NCBI RefSeq assembly: GCF_009914755.1
Contig: NC_060943.1
DNA: 64,000 bases
Strand: one strand, 5' to 3'
Source of the DNA: the human T2T-CHM13v2.0 reference genome, Homo sapiens
The stretch's first letter is position 1; each line of letters begins with the position of its first letter. This document shows positions 34,744 to 53,199 of the stretch, piece by piece. A model generated the notes under the pieces. That model was given only the letters and a program-made list of their open reading frames with translations. It was not told where the DNA came from and made no database searches. The position numbers and the translations under genes were made by a program.

Positions 34744-36728
34744 TAGGTCAGGCTAGGTGAATTCTGAGGGAATTTCTGGGTCTAAAATGCACTTCAGAAA
34801 GTGCTCCCCTCCCTTCCTTCATTTCTCCTTCCTTCTCTCCCTTTCTTCCTTTTTCTGTCTTTCTTAACTTTAAAATTTCTCTCTCTCTCTTTTTTTTTTT
34901 GAGATGTAGTCTTGCTCTGTCACCCATGCTGGATTGCAGTGGTGCCATCTCAGCTCACTGCAACCTCTGCTTCCCGGGTTCAAGCGACTCTCCTGCCTCA
35001 GCCTCCTGAGTAGCTGGGATTACAGGCATGTGCCACCACTCCCGGCTAATTTTTGTACTTTTAGTAGAGATGGGGTTTCACCATATTGACAAGGCTGGTC
35101 TCGAACTCCTGACCCCAAGTGATCTGCCTGCCTTGGCCTCCCAATGTGTTGGGATTACAGGCATGAGCCAGCACACCCGGCCCTGTGCTTTGTTTTATAT
35201 TATTTTTTCCTCGTTCTTTTCCAGCTCATCTCTTTAATGTGTTTGATATACACTCACAGATATGTATTTTGACTTGGAAAATATATAGTGTTAGTTTATA
35301 TGTGTGTTTTACATAAATGAGATCATGCTATTGATTTTGTCTGATCTTTGGGATTTTTTTTTTTTTTTTTTTTTTTGAGATGGGATCTCACTCTATCACC
35401 CAGGCTGGAGTGCAGTAGTACAATCTTGGCTCACTGCAACCTCTGCCTCCCAGGCTGAAGGGATCCTCTTGCCTCAGCCTCCCGAGTAGCTGGGATTACA
35501 GGTGTGTGCTGCCACACCCAGCTGATTTTTTGTATTTTTGGTACAGACGGGGTTTCACCACGTTGGCCAGGCTGGTCTCAAACTCCTGAGCTCAAGTGAT
35601 TCTCCTGCCTCGGCCTCCCAAAGTGCAGGGATTACAGGTGTGAGCCACCTTTCCTGGCCTCAATTTTTGGATTTTTAAATTAAATTATTAATATTAATTA
35701 TCATTATTGTTTTGATCAACACTGTGTTTCTCAAATCTCTCCATCTTGCTTTAGGTTATTCTAATTCATGGCTATATGTACTGGAGAGATTTTCACAAGG
35801 ACTGTCTGTGTCATTTACTTGTCTGTTCCCCATTAGATGGACACCTGACTTGATTCTGACTCCATGTTACTTATAAACAGTGCTGCTGTAAACATCTGCA
35901 TATATATTCCTGTTTTGTTTTTTTTTTCTGGAGTTATACCCTGCAATGAAATTGTTGAGCCACAGGCTATGAACATTCTTCATTTCATAAAGTACCTCAG
36001 AGTGCCTTCCCAAAAGACTAGGAGTACCCGTTCATACACGGTGTTTCCTCTTATCTTTTCAAACGCTTGATATGACCCTTTTAATGTTGGCCAATCTAAT
36101 TGATGGGAAGTGGTGGCTCCCTGCTGATTCCGGCTGCCTCTCTCTGATCCCTGGTGAAGTGGGGCATCTCTCCATGGACTTATGAGTTACCCAGGCTTCC
36201 TCTTTTGTGAATTACTATTCATACCCTTTGCCCATTTGTCAACTGGGTTCTCTCTCTCTTCTTGCTAATCCGCAGGAGCTCTTTGTGTGTTCTAGGTAGG
36301 AATCCTTCCTGAGACAGGATTCCTTTCTGAGTCTGTTAGTCTTCTGCTACTTGTATCTTGGTATCCTTTGTTGAATCAAGTGATTATCCATATGTAATCC
36401 CACTTGACCCTCAACAAACCCATACGAAGGGGCCAGGAAAGAGATTATTATCTCGTTTTAAAGAGGAGGAACTAGAGACCCAGAGAGGCTAATGGCGCAC
36501 TTGGGGCCACAGGTCTGGGGCTCAGAGCCCCGGGTAGGAGTCCCAGCTCCTAGATGGCAGTGTGGTCGCAGGTGGCTTTCACACCTCTGGGCATCATTTT
36601 TCTCCTCTGTGTATCAGGGATGCTGATGTCCAAGTTTTAGGCTCCCGTGGGCTGTTAACTGTCCAGCCCTGAGCTTACGCAAGGGACCTCACATCCTCAT
36701 GTCTGTTTTCTCTCTCCTGCTCCCACAG

Positions 36729-36803
36729 AAGCAAACTGCACCTATTTTAAATTCTTCACCACGGGGGAGAATGCACGCATCTTTCAGAGAACCACAAAGA
36801 AAG
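36729..36803 (+). CDS. CACNG6: CACNG6 coding exon 2
   Basis: Pyrimidine tract then ACAG|; (E)ANCTYFKFFTTGENARIFQRTTKK; donor G|GTGAG. 75 nt. Too short to appear in the ORF track. Confidence 0.95.
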
Positions 36804-36923
36804 GTGAGAACTTTTCACCCCCTGCTGGGTGACAGGTGGGGGAAATGCTGAGCGTGCTGGAGGAGTTCTAGAGAGAGTTATCCCCTCCTCTGCTTTACCC
36901 CAGGGCAGGTCTCGTGTCTATAA

Positions 36924-37133
<210 letters not shown>

Positions 37134-38123
37134 TGAGACTATAGGCGCCCACCATCATGCCCAGCTAATTTTTATATTTTTAGTAGAGATGGGGTTTCAC
37201 CATGTTGACCAGGCTGGTCTTGAACTCCTGACCTCAGGTGATCCCTCTCCTCAGCCTCCCAAAGTGCTGGGATGACAGGCGTGAGCCACTGCACCTAGCT
37301 GTGCCTAGAGCTCTTACCCCATCTCTGCCTATGCCACGTTCTGTGTCACCCCGGGCAAGTCGCAGCCCCTCTCTGTGGGTAGCACTTGGACATCTCACAA
37401 ACCTGCAGGCATCAAGTACTGACCACAGTGCTGGGCACTCCATCTGTAAGATCTCCAGTCCTCGCAGTAGCCCTGCAGGGTGGGGGCTTTATCTTCCATC
37501 TTCCAGAAGTCCAGGAATGGTTACAATTATTCTTCCCAGGAAAATTTTTCACCATGTTGGCCAGCCTGGTCTTGAACTCTCCTGATCTCAAGTGATCCAC
37601 CCACCTTGGCCTCCCAAAGTGCTGGGATTATAGGTGTGAGCCACCGCACCTGGTCCACAGGAGGAAATTTAGGCTGAGAAGGGTTCAGCCTAAATTCCTA
37701 CTGGAATCTGGAAAATCCTACTAGAATCTTCCATGTAGGAAGTAGTTGGTGAGATTTCCAACCTGGATCATTCCACTGTAGCACACTGCCTTTGCCATCG
37801 TCTCCCACACACCCCACTGCCTCAGCTTCCTCAACTGTAAACCAGTGGTAACCAGATCCTAAGTAATAGTTGGTAATTCTCAACTCTTTCTAATCCTGGC
37901 CCTCTCCTCCCTTTGCTCAGTGACTTTAGAGAAATAACTGACCCTTTCTGAGTCTTAATTCCTTCAACAGTGTAAGTAAAATGTTGGGCTGGATGATACT
38001 CTACTTGAAAATTCTTCTCTCGTCCCGAATCTTACATCTTCCTGGTTCTGGGTTCCTATGGGTGAATCCTCCTCATTCCCTACATCCCATGTTCTCTGCT
38101 TCTTTCCTCTCTCCTGCTGGCAG

Positions 38124-38261
38124 AGGTGAATCTGGCAGCTGCGGTGATAGCAGTGCTGGGCCTGGCAGTCATGGCCTTGGGGTGCCTCTGTATCATCATG
38201 GTGCTCAGTAAAGGTGCAGAGTTCCTGCTCCGAGTTGGAGCCGTCTGCTTTGGCCTCTCAG
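38124..38261 (+). CDS. CACNG6: CACNG6 coding exon 3 (TM2 and most of TM3; frame-preserving, skippable)
   Basis: GCAG| acceptor; (E)VNLAAAVIAVLGLAVMALGCLCIIMVLSKGAEFLLRVGAVCFGLS(G); donor G|GTGAG. 138 nt, phase 1-1. Confidence 0.95.
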
Positions 38262-38289
38262 GTGAGGGTTCAGAGCCTGGAGGCTGAGG

Positions 38290-38500
38290 ACATTGCATGC
38301 TGGGAGGATCTCCAGGCACTGTTGCATGCTGGGAGATGGGGTCTCTATGCACTGTTGCACGCTCAGAGATGGAATCTCTATGCACTGTTGCATGCTGGGA
38401 GTAGGGTCTCCACACACTGTTGCATGCTGGGAGTAGGATCTCCACACACTGTTGCACGCTGGGAGGTGGGATCTCCAAGCCCTGTTGCATGCTTGGAGTT
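38290..38500. repeat. 32-33 bp minisatellite (CACTGTTGCATGCTGGGAGTAGGATCTCCACA) at the start of CACNG6 intron 3
   Basis: Units start at 38317, 38350, 38383, 38415, 38447 and 38480, with a partial copy before them. Degenerate copies continue to about 38960. Confidence 0.9.
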
Positions 38501-38976
38501 GAGGGGAAGCCCAAGGGCTATAGTAGGTTCAAAGATGGGAGAACCCCAACAACCGGGCTAAGGATTGGAGGGTGTCCAAACATTGTTTTAGATTTGGACC
38601 TGGGATTTCCAATCACTGTTGCATGCTAGGCATTAGAGAAAGCGCAAGGACTATAGAGGTCTCAAAAATTGGAGAGTTCTAAGCCCTGTTGTTGGCTGGG
38701 AATTGGAAGCTGTCCAAACGCTTTTCAAGGTTTGAACATGGAGTCCCCAAACACTGTTTCATGCTGAGATGTTTTAAGCACTATAGCGTGTTGAGAGGTC
38801 AGGGAAGCCCAGGGGCTATAGCAGGCTCAAAGGTGGAAGAGTTCCAAGCCCTATTGTTGGCTCAGAATTTGATGGTCTCTAAATGCTCTTTTAGATTTGA
38901 GACTTGAGGTCTGCAAGGACTGTTGCATTCTTGGAGCTGAAGGTCTAAATAAAATGCTGCATCTTGTGAAATGTAG

Positions 38977-39385
<409 letters not shown>

Positions 39386-39697
39386 TGAGGAAATTGAGGC
39401 TCAGAGAAGTCAAATGAATTACTCATGGGCACACAATCAATGATGGCATGATGGCAGAGGTGGGATTTTAAACTCGGTTTTCTTTCTTTCTTTTTTGAGA
39501 TGGAGTCTCACTCTGTCGCCCAGGCTGGAGTGCAGTGGCACGATTTCAGCTCACTACAACCTCTGCCTCTAGGTTCCAGCCCAAGCTGTGCCCTGAATCA
39601 CTGTGTGGCCTTGGGAAGGTTCCTTTTATTTTCTGGGCCTTGGTTTTCTTCTTGGATCAAATGTTTTCTTTTCTTTTCTTTCTTTTTTTTTTTTTGA

Positions 39698-40138
<441 letters not shown>

Positions 40139-41056
40139 GGATTTAGAGAGGGCCTCTCTGGGGAGGTGACATTGAAGATGTCAAAGTATGGATAGACAAG
40201 CTGGGAGAGTTTGCTGCATTGCAGATCTTGAAAGAAAGCCAGTGTGACAGGAGTGTGGAGAGAGACAGGGAGACTGGTGTAAAAGATGTCACTGCATTAA
40301 TGTGACATTAATGTCACTGGTCCTGTGACATTAACAGGGAATCAAAAAGATCTGGGTTGGAGTCCCAACTTCTTAACAGCCATGTAATTGGGGCAAACCT
40401 TTTTCTATCTCTGAGCTTAAATCTCCTTATAGCCATGAACTCACTCATCCATGTATCTGTTAGTATTGTGTCCATCCTATCCATCCATCCATTTATCCTT
40501 CCGTTGATTGATCAGTTTCCTCCTTCTCTCCCCTTCCTTCCCCTCTCTCTCTTTCCCTATGTCTCTTTCTATCTCTCTCTTTTTTTTTTGTTTTTGAGAC
40601 AGGGTCTCGCTCTCTCATCCAGGCTGGAGTACAGTGGTGCAATCTCATCTCACTGCAACTTCGACTTCCAAGGCTCAAGTGATTGTCCTCCCTACCTTTC
40701 AGCCTCCTGAGTAGCTGGGAATACAGGTGCATGCCGCCAAGCCCGGCTAATTTTCGGTTTTTTTGTTTTTTTTGTTTTTTTTTTTTTTGTAGAGATAGGG
40801 TTTCGCTGTGTTGCCCAGGCTGGTCTCCAACTCCTGAGCTCAAGTGATCCGCCCACCTCGGCCTCCCAAAAGTGCTGGGATTATAGGTATGAGCCACCAA
40901 GCCCGGCCCCTCTCTCTTTTCTTTCTTTTCCACCCTCTTTCCCTTCCTCTCTCCCTCCAATCATCTATTTCTCCTTTTTTTTTTTTTTACTTGTCCATTC
41001 ATTTAACAAGTATTTCTTTAATATCCAGTGAGTCCCAGATGCTGTGCTAGGAGCCG

Positions 41057-41217
41057 CTGAGGACGCAACGATGAATAAAATAAAGATGATGTTTGTTCTC
41101 ATGGAATTTGTAGCTTGCTAGGAATTTAGTGCTGGTGTTATTATTGAACTCACACCTGCATTACTCCTGGGGGTGCACAGGAAACTGTTGATATAAAAGT
41201 GTTTTATGAAAGTCTTG
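41057..41217. repeat. Inverted repeat, right arm (161 bp)
   Basis: Reverse complement of 39978-40138; continuous with an L2-like 3' end upstream. Confidence 0.93.
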
Positions 41218-41872
41218 AGCACAAAAATGTTCCACAGATTGTACAACCAATTGAGAGTGAAGAAGGATTTGATGTTGTAATTACTGTGGTTAGATTGCGT
41301 GTCAGGGACTGGGGCAGGTTGGGATTTTGAGGTCTCCCTAAATAAAGGGTCGTGTTCAGGTTGTCTTGTTTCTCTCCTTATAATACATATATCAGCTGTT
41401 GTTCTAGTTTTAGAGGTATGAGACAGAGAAGTCTGCTGCCCTCGTGGATTTATAGTGCAGTGGGAGAGACAGAAATGAGATAAAGAGACATTAGTCATAC
41501 AAATCAATATACATTCATAACTACCAACTGTGATGAATGCTATAGATAAAAAGTACAGAGTATGAGAAAAATGTATGACAGGAGACCCACTGTAGATTTA
41601 GGTGGCAGTGGTTAGTGAAGGCGTCCCTTTGAAACATGTACTTCATACAGAGATGTGAAGAATAAGGACATCTAAGACAGGCTCAGGGAGGGGGAGGCGG
41701 AAAATTATTCCAAGCAGCATAAAGGTCTTCAAGCCTGAACAAATCTGGTGCATTGAAAGTCCTGCTCCACGCTGCGAGAGTGTGGGAGGAGCAGCTTGAG
41801 AGGAGGCTGGAGAAGCCGCAGGAGCCAGACCCGCATGCCTTTTTATTTATTTTATTTATTTTTTATTTTTGA

Positions 41873-42145
<273 letters not shown>

Positions 42146-42335
42146 TAGCCATCCACCAGCAAATTCTATTGGCACTGCTTCCAAAATGTGTTTTGAATGC
42201 AAACACTTCCCTCGGTTTCACTAATCCAAGCCACGGCTATATTTCCCCGAGGTAATTTCTATGGCCTCCTAACTCTTCTCTATGCTTCTCCTTTTAACCT
42301 CCTCAAGTCCATTCTCCACAGAGCAGCTAGAGTGA

Positions 42336-42473
<138 letters not shown>

Positions 42474-42820
42474 TAGCTGGGACCACAGGCACACGTCACC
42501 ACTCTGGGCTAATTTTTAAAATTATTTGCAGAGATGAGGTCTCACTATGTTGCCCAGGCTAATCTTGAATTCCTGGACTCAAGCAGTCCTCTCGCTTCAG
42601 CCTCCCAAACTATTGGGATGACAGGCATGAGCCACCGCACCCGGCCAAGTGATACTTTTTTTTTTTTGAGACGGAGTTTCGCTCTTGTTGCCCAGGCTGG
42701 AGTGCAATGGCACGATCTCGACTCACTGAAACGTCTGACTCCTGGATTCAAGCGAGTCTCCTGCCTCAGCCTCCCGAGCTGGGATTACAGGCATGCGCCA
42801 CCACGCCTGGTTAATTTTGT

Positions 42821-42876
<56 letters not shown>

Positions 42877-43530
42877 AGTAGAGATGGGCTTTCTCCATGT
42901 TGGCCAGGCTGGCCTCGAACTCCTGATGACCTCAGGTGATCTGCCCGCCTCAGCCTCCCAAAGTGTTGGGATTACAGGTGTGAGCCACCACGCCTGGCCC
43001 CTAAGTGATACTTTTATATCATAAGTCGGATCACGGATTCTCCCCAGAATAAAAGCCACTTAAATTCCTACTGCTAGAATAACATGGTGGCAAGGCCTCG
43101 CGCGGGCTGACTCCCGGCGCCCTGCGACTCCCTCTCCTGCCACCTGCTCTCCCTGCTCCGGCCACGCCAGCCTCTGCTGTTCCCCAGACGCTCTAAGCTC
43201 ATTCCTCCCGCAGCGTGTTTTCCCGGGCTGCCTCCTCGGCCTGGAGCGTTCTTCCGCCGGCGCTTCACGTGTCTCGTTTCCTCGCATTGTTTAAGTCTCT
43301 GGTCAAATGTCACCACCTCAGAGAGACCAGCACTGACCATCGTGTCTAAAGGGGACTCATTTGGTATCCAAGAAAATGTTAAAAATAAATAAATAAATAA
43401 ATAAATAAAAGAGGGGGGCGCGGTGGCTCACGCCTGTAATCCCAACACTTTGGGAGGCCGAGGCAGGTGGCTCACAAGATCAGGAGTTGGAGACCAGCCT
43501 GACTACCATGGTGAAACCCTGACTCTACTA

Positions 43531-43776
<246 letters not shown>

Positions 43777-44089
43777 TCACGCCTGCAATCCCAGCACTTT
43801 GGGAGGGCGAGGTACGTGATCCCTTGAGCCCAGGAGTTCGAGACCAGCCTGGGCAACATAGTGAAACCCCATCTCTACCAAAAATACAAAAACTAGCTAG
43901 TCTCATAACCTGATCTCAAAAAAAAATAGATAAAAATTTAAAAATAAAATAAACTGGCCGGGCATGGTGGTTCATGCCTGTAATCCCAGCACTTTGGGAG
44001 GCTGAGGCGGGCAGATCTCAGGATTAGGAGTTCGAGACCAGCCTGGCCAACGTGGTGAAACCCCGTTTTTACTAAGATATAAAAAATTA

Positions 44090-45940
<1,851 letters not shown>

Positions 45941-46615
45941 GTGCATTTAACTGATAATTGTCCATCTCTCCTTCTTGGATGAAACTCCAGAAGGACAGGG
46001 ATTTAGTTGTAGTATCATTTATGTATCATATTATATGTATTTTGTAATAAGAGCTCAATGAACATCTGTTGAATGAATCAAAGAATGCATGAATCAGGTC
46101 TGCTGTGGTGGCTCACACCTGGAATCCCAACATTTTGGGAGGCTGAGGCAGGAGGATTGTTTGAGGCCAGGAGTTTGAGACCAGCCCGGGGCAATGTAGA
46201 AAGATCCCGTCTCTACAAAATAAAATGAAATAATTAGCCATGGCAGCTTGCGATGTAGTCCCAGCTACTCAGGAGGCTGAGGCAGGAGGAGGGCTTGAGC
46301 CTGGGAGGTCAAGGTTGCATGCAGTGAGCTATGATCGCGCCACTGCACTCCAGCCTGGGTGGCTGAGACCTTGTCACTAAAAAAGAGAAAAGAAAAAAAA
46401 AAAAGATTGAATTAGGAAAGGAATGAAGGGGAGTCCTTGTCTAAATGCTTTTCCACCTCCCGTTCTGTAATGTTGGGCTGCATGGAGCAAAGAAGGGGCT
46501 TTTAAATCACAGCATCCTGGCTGCATTCTCCAGGCCCTGAATCAAAACCACAGTGAATGGCTGGGCACGGTGGCTCAGGCCTGTAATCCCAGCACTTTGG
46601 GAAGTGGATAGATCA

Positions 46616-46912
<297 letters not shown>

Positions 46913-48280
46913 TCAGGAACTGGGGTTGGGGCAGGACTCCAGGGTCTGGAGAGAAGGCGGCTGGGATCCATGACTCATGCGTGACTCTCAGACGGTCCTG
47001 CATGACCTGGCCCCTGCCCGCCCCTGCAGTTCCATTACCGCCTCTCTCCCCAACCCCAACTCTCCTTGCTCCCACCACACTCAGCTTTTCTCTTTTCTCC
47101 AAACACTCTGTGCTGCGTCCTACACAGGACCCTCGCGTCAGCACCTCCTTCTGCTCGGAACAGCCGTTGCTTCGTTTTGAGCATGACTGACTTCTTTTCA
47201 TCCTTCAGGTCCCAGCTCAAATGGCTTTTCTCGACACCATCCAAAGTCCCTGCTCCACCCCTGGGTGCCACTCTCTCTGTTTCTATTTCCTTCCTTTCAT
47301 GCATCACCCTCTGAGATTATCTTGTCTCCTCATTTGTTTATTTTGGACATTGCAACCTGGCAGCCTGCAGGCCCTCGATGGCCAGGAGATGTGCTTTGTT
47401 TGCCAGGCAGTGTGTAAAGATTTCTTCGAGTTGACGTTTAAAGGTTGGGAGAATTCCCATAAAAATAATAATCATTTAAGCAATTATAGGCCGGGTGCGG
47501 CAGTTCACCCCTGTAATCCCAGCACTATGGGAGGCCAAGGTGAGTGGATCGCTTGAGGTCAGGAGTTCTAGACCAGCCTGGCCAACATGGTGAAACCATG
47601 ACTCTACTAAAAATACAAAAATTGCCGGGCGCGGTGGCTCACGTCTGTAATCCCAGCACTTTGGGAGGCCGAGGCAGGTGGATCACAAGGTCAGAAGTTC
47701 GAGACCAGCCTGGCCAACGTGGTGAAACCCCGTCTCTACTAAAAACACAAAAATTAGCCAGGCGTGGTGGCGTGTGTCTGTAATCCCAGCTACTCAGGAG
47801 GCTGAGGCAGGAGAATCACTTGAACTGGGGAGGTGGAGGTTGCAGTGAGCTGAGATCATGTCACTGCGTTGCAGTGAGCTGAGATCATGTCACTGCACTC
47901 TAGCCTGGGCAACAGAGTGAGACTCCATCTAAAAAAAAAAAAAAAAAAATTAGCCAGGCGTGGTGGAGCACACCTGTAGTCGCAGGTACTCAGGAGGCTG
48001 AGCATGAGAATCGCTTGAACCTGGGAGGCGGAAGCTGCAATGAGCTGAGATCATGCTGTTGAGCAGCTGCAGCTGGCTTCTGCCATCATTTCTACCTTAC
48101 TTGCCGCCCTGTGTGTTTACACTTTCTCATGCCCCCTGCAGGCATTTGAGTTTTGCAAATTTTGGTTTATTTGTTTACTGTCTATCTCCAAGTAATATAT
48201 AAGCTCCACGAGGGTAGGGTCTTTCTCTATCATGTTCTTTCTTTTTCTTCTTTTTTGCTTTTTTTAAAAAAAAAAAATCA

Positions 48281-48403
<123 letters not shown>

Positions 48404-48464
48404 TCAAAAAAAAAATAAAAAATAAAAAATTGCATTGCAATATGACTTTATCTTTATTTTGTGA

Positions 48465-48865
<401 letters not shown>

Positions 48866-49672
48866 TAGTGATCCAATCGCTTCAGTCTCCCAAAGTGCTG
48901 GGATTGTAGGTGTGCCTGGCCGCTAATGGAGTCTTAATTTGAATTTTGTGTTTTCTGATTCCTGTGTTTGCTTTAAGAAAAAAAAGTTGTGGGAAAATGT
49001 GCTAAACATAAAATGTGTAATTTTAACCATTTCCCCTTTTTATTTTCAATTTTTATTTATTTATATATTTTTAAGAATTGGGATCTTGCTGTGTTGTCCA
49101 GGCTGGAGTGTACTGGTGTGATCACGGTTCACTGCTGCCTCATCCTTCTGGGCTCAAATGATCCTCCCACCTCAGCCTCCTGAGTAGCTGGGACTACAAG
49201 CGTGCACCACCACACCTGGCTAATTTTTTAAAATTTTTTTTTTGTAGAGATGGAGTCTTGCTATGTTGCCCAGGCTGGTCTCAAAATCCTGGCCTCAGGC
49301 AATCCTTCGTCCTCGGCGTCCCAAAGCGCTTGGATTACAGGTGTGAGCCACAGCACCCAGCCTCCTCTTTTATTTTTAGTTGACATGTAGTACTTGTACA
49401 TATCTGTGGGAAACAGAAGGATGGTTTGATGCATGTAAACAATGCATAATGATCAGATCAGGGCAATTAGCCTATCCACCTCTTCAAACTTGATCATTTC
49501 TTCATGTTGTGACCATTTCAAAATCCTCTCCTCTAGCTCTTTGAAAATACACAGCCAGGCACGGTGGCTCTCACCTGTCATCTCAGCACTTTGGGAGGCC
49601 GAGGTGGGTGGACCACTTGAGGTCAGGAGTTCCAGACTAGTCTGGCCAACATGGTGAAACCCCGTCTCTACT

Positions 49673-49728
<56 letters not shown>

Positions 49729-50432
49729 AAAATTAGCCAGGCGTGGTAGCGCACGTGTGTAATCCCAGCCACTCAGGAGGCTGAGGCAGGAGAGTCGCTT
49801 GAACCCCAGCTACTCGGGAGACTGAGGCAGAAGAATCAGGAGGCGGAGTTTGCAATAAGCTGAGATCGCACCACTGCACTCCAGCCTGGGTGACAGAGCA
49901 AGACTCCGTCTCAAAAAAAAAAAAAAAAAAAAAAACAAAACAAAACAAAAACAAAAAACTAAGGAACCATATTCACCCTACAGTGCTGCGAACACCAGAA
50001 CGCGTTTCTCCCGTCTAGCTGTGATTCTATATCCGCCTTTTAATCATTTTCCAGCGTACGGTTCTGTGGCATCAATTCCGTTCACATTGTTATGCAACTA
50101 TCACCCCCATCCACCTTCAGAACGATTTGCGTCTTCCCCAGCTGAAATTCTATACCTGTTAAACACCAACTCCCCTTTTTCCTCTTCCCTCCGGCCCTCG
50201 GCAACCATCCTTCTACTTTCTGTCTCTATGACTTTGTGTCTTGTTTTTTTTTTTCTTTATCTCCAGCTTCCCAAATGCTGCCTGCTATATAGTAGGTGTT
50301 TAGTAAGTATTTGTTGAGTGCACGCGTGGGAAGGTGCCAGGGTGGGCGGGAGGGCTGGGAGCGGATGGCGGAGATGTTCAGACACAGCTGGGGTCGCGGG
50401 CGTCTGACTGCGAGCTGTCCTCTCTCCCGCAG

Positions 50433-50671
50433 GCCTGCTGCTCTTGGTGAGCCTGGAGGTGTTCCGGCATTCCGTGAGGGCCCTGCTGCAGAGAGTCAGC
50501 CCGGAGCCTCCCCCGGCCCCACGCCTCACCTACGAGTACTCCTGGTCCCTGGGCTGCGGCGTGGGGGCCGGCCTGATCCTGCTGTTGGGGGCCGGCTGCT
50601 TTCTGCTGCTCACACTGCCTTCCTGGCCCTGGGGGTCCCTCTGTCCCAAGCGGGGGCACCGGGCCACCTAG
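50433..50671 (+). CDS. CACNG6: CACNG6 coding exon 4
   Basis: GCAG| acceptor; (G)LLLLVSLEVFRHSVRALLQRVSPEPPPAPRLTYEYSWSLGCGVGAGLILLLGAGCFLLLTLPSWPWGSLCPKRGHRAT-TAG. Total CDS 783 nt = 260 aa. Confidence 0.96.
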
Positions 50672-51127
50672 AGCCACGCGTGAGACTTCTCTAAGCAACC
50701 ACCGAGCCCTTTGACCTTCTCCATTGTACCCCCAAGATCTTTTTGCCCCATCTCCTAGAGAAACTGTGTTCTCCCTGCTCGGGGGCCCATGTTTTTTTAC
50801 ACGCCTGCCTCCTGTCCCCTTATCCTTTCTCCCTCTGTAAATACGTTTTTCTCTGTGGCTGTATGTGGGTTGCTTGGGGGTGGGATGGGAAGAGGCTCTT
50901 TGCAAACGAGGGTCCCCAGAGAAGACTGGCGGGGACCTGATGGGGTAGCTGGGGTGTGGGGTTGGGGGATGAGGTCAGGGGGTCTTGGGTGGGAGTTGGG
51001 GGCCCCTTCATTTCCCAGGTCTGGATCGATTCACTTGCCGGGAGAGACTTTTTACAACTCATCTGCAGCTCCGGGTGCGGTTGGGGGAGATAGCGAAGGG
51101 TCTGGCCTCGCTGTGATCTGATTTGGG

Positions 51128-51133
51128 ATTAAA
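51128..51133 (+). terminator. CACNG6: CACNG6 poly(A) signal (ATTAAA)
   Basis: ATTAAA ~460 nt after the stop, followed by U/GU-rich CTTTGCTTTGGAGTCTATTTGTGATGTG. Confidence 0.75.
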
Positions 51134-51217
51134 GGTTTGGAAATTTAACAACTTTGCTTTGGAGTCTATTTGTGATGTGATCGTGCATTCTGGGGTAAAG
51201 AAAAGTGACCCCATATT

Positions 51218-51260
51218 CCCTCCAGAAACATACCCTCCAGAAACATACCCTCCAGAAACA
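51218..51260. repeat. Tandem repeat, ~3 x 15 bp (CCCTCCAGAAACATA)
   Basis: Direct reading, just downstream of the CACNG6 poly(A) signal. Confidence 0.9.
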
Positions 51261-51309
51261 CTTTTAAGCCCAGAAGTCACATGAAAACGAACCCATACAC
51301 AATGGTTGA

Positions 51310-51683
<374 letters not shown>

Positions 51684-51847
51684 TAGGATTTACCCCCAAT
51701 GACCTTATTTTAACTTGATTATCTCTGTAAAGACCGTATCTCCAAATGAGGTCACATTCTTAGGTACTGGAGGTTAGGGTCCAACATATATATATATATA
51801 CATTTTGTAGGGGAGAACATTCAACCATTAACAGTGTATATATTCTA

Positions 51848-52168
<321 letters not shown>

Positions 52169-52974
52169 TCAAAAAGGTGGGGGGAAGGGGGATTGGTTCA
52201 GGAAAGCCTTCTGAAGAAGATGACGAACTTGAGTCTTCAAGGTGAGTAAGAATCAGAGAAAGTGGAGAACGTCACGGGCGTTCCAGCTGGGTGGGAGAGC
52301 CTGGACAGAAACAAGAGGAAAAACATGATGAACCTGTGAGTGAGGAAATGTGAACGCTGGTGTTCAGAGTGAGACACAGGAAACGTGAGAGGGTTGGGGT
52401 GGGCTGTCTTATGAACAAGGTGGAGAGACTCAGATGCTCAACAGAACAGCTTGGCCTTTACCCTGAGGGTACTGAGGAGCCATGGGAGCTTGCTGAGCAG
52501 AGACACGCTGGCATCAGGTCAAGGGGTTGAAACAAGGTTTCTTATTCTTGAAGTCACTAAATTGCAGACCCGGAAGACAGACTAGTGGTTGCCAGGTGTT
52601 AAGAAAAGGGTGAGTCTTGGCCCCACGCGACGGCTCATGCCTGTAACTCCAGCACCTTGGGAGGCCGAGGCGGGTGGATCACCTGAGGTCAGGAGTTCGA
52701 GATCAGCCTGGCCAACATGGTGAAACCCTGTCTCTACTAAAAACAAACAAACAAACAAAACAAAACAACAACAACAAAACATACAAAAATTAGCTGGGTG
52801 TGGTGGCTCACATCTGTAATCCCAGCACCTTCGGAAATGCCTGCCTGTTCTAATTTAGGTCCATGGGCACAGGCCCTAGGGTGGAGCCCTTGCCAGAGAC
52901 CCTGCCCTTCTCTACCCAGCAGTTCTCTGCCCCCCTCCCATATCAAAATGCTTTTTCTGCATCTATTGAGATGA

Positions 52975-53199
<225 letters not shown>

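Noticed and set aside
47839-47897. 29-bp duplication inside an Alu (and 2 x 17 bp at about 19477-19510)
   Set aside because: Ordinary slippage duplications with no sign of function.
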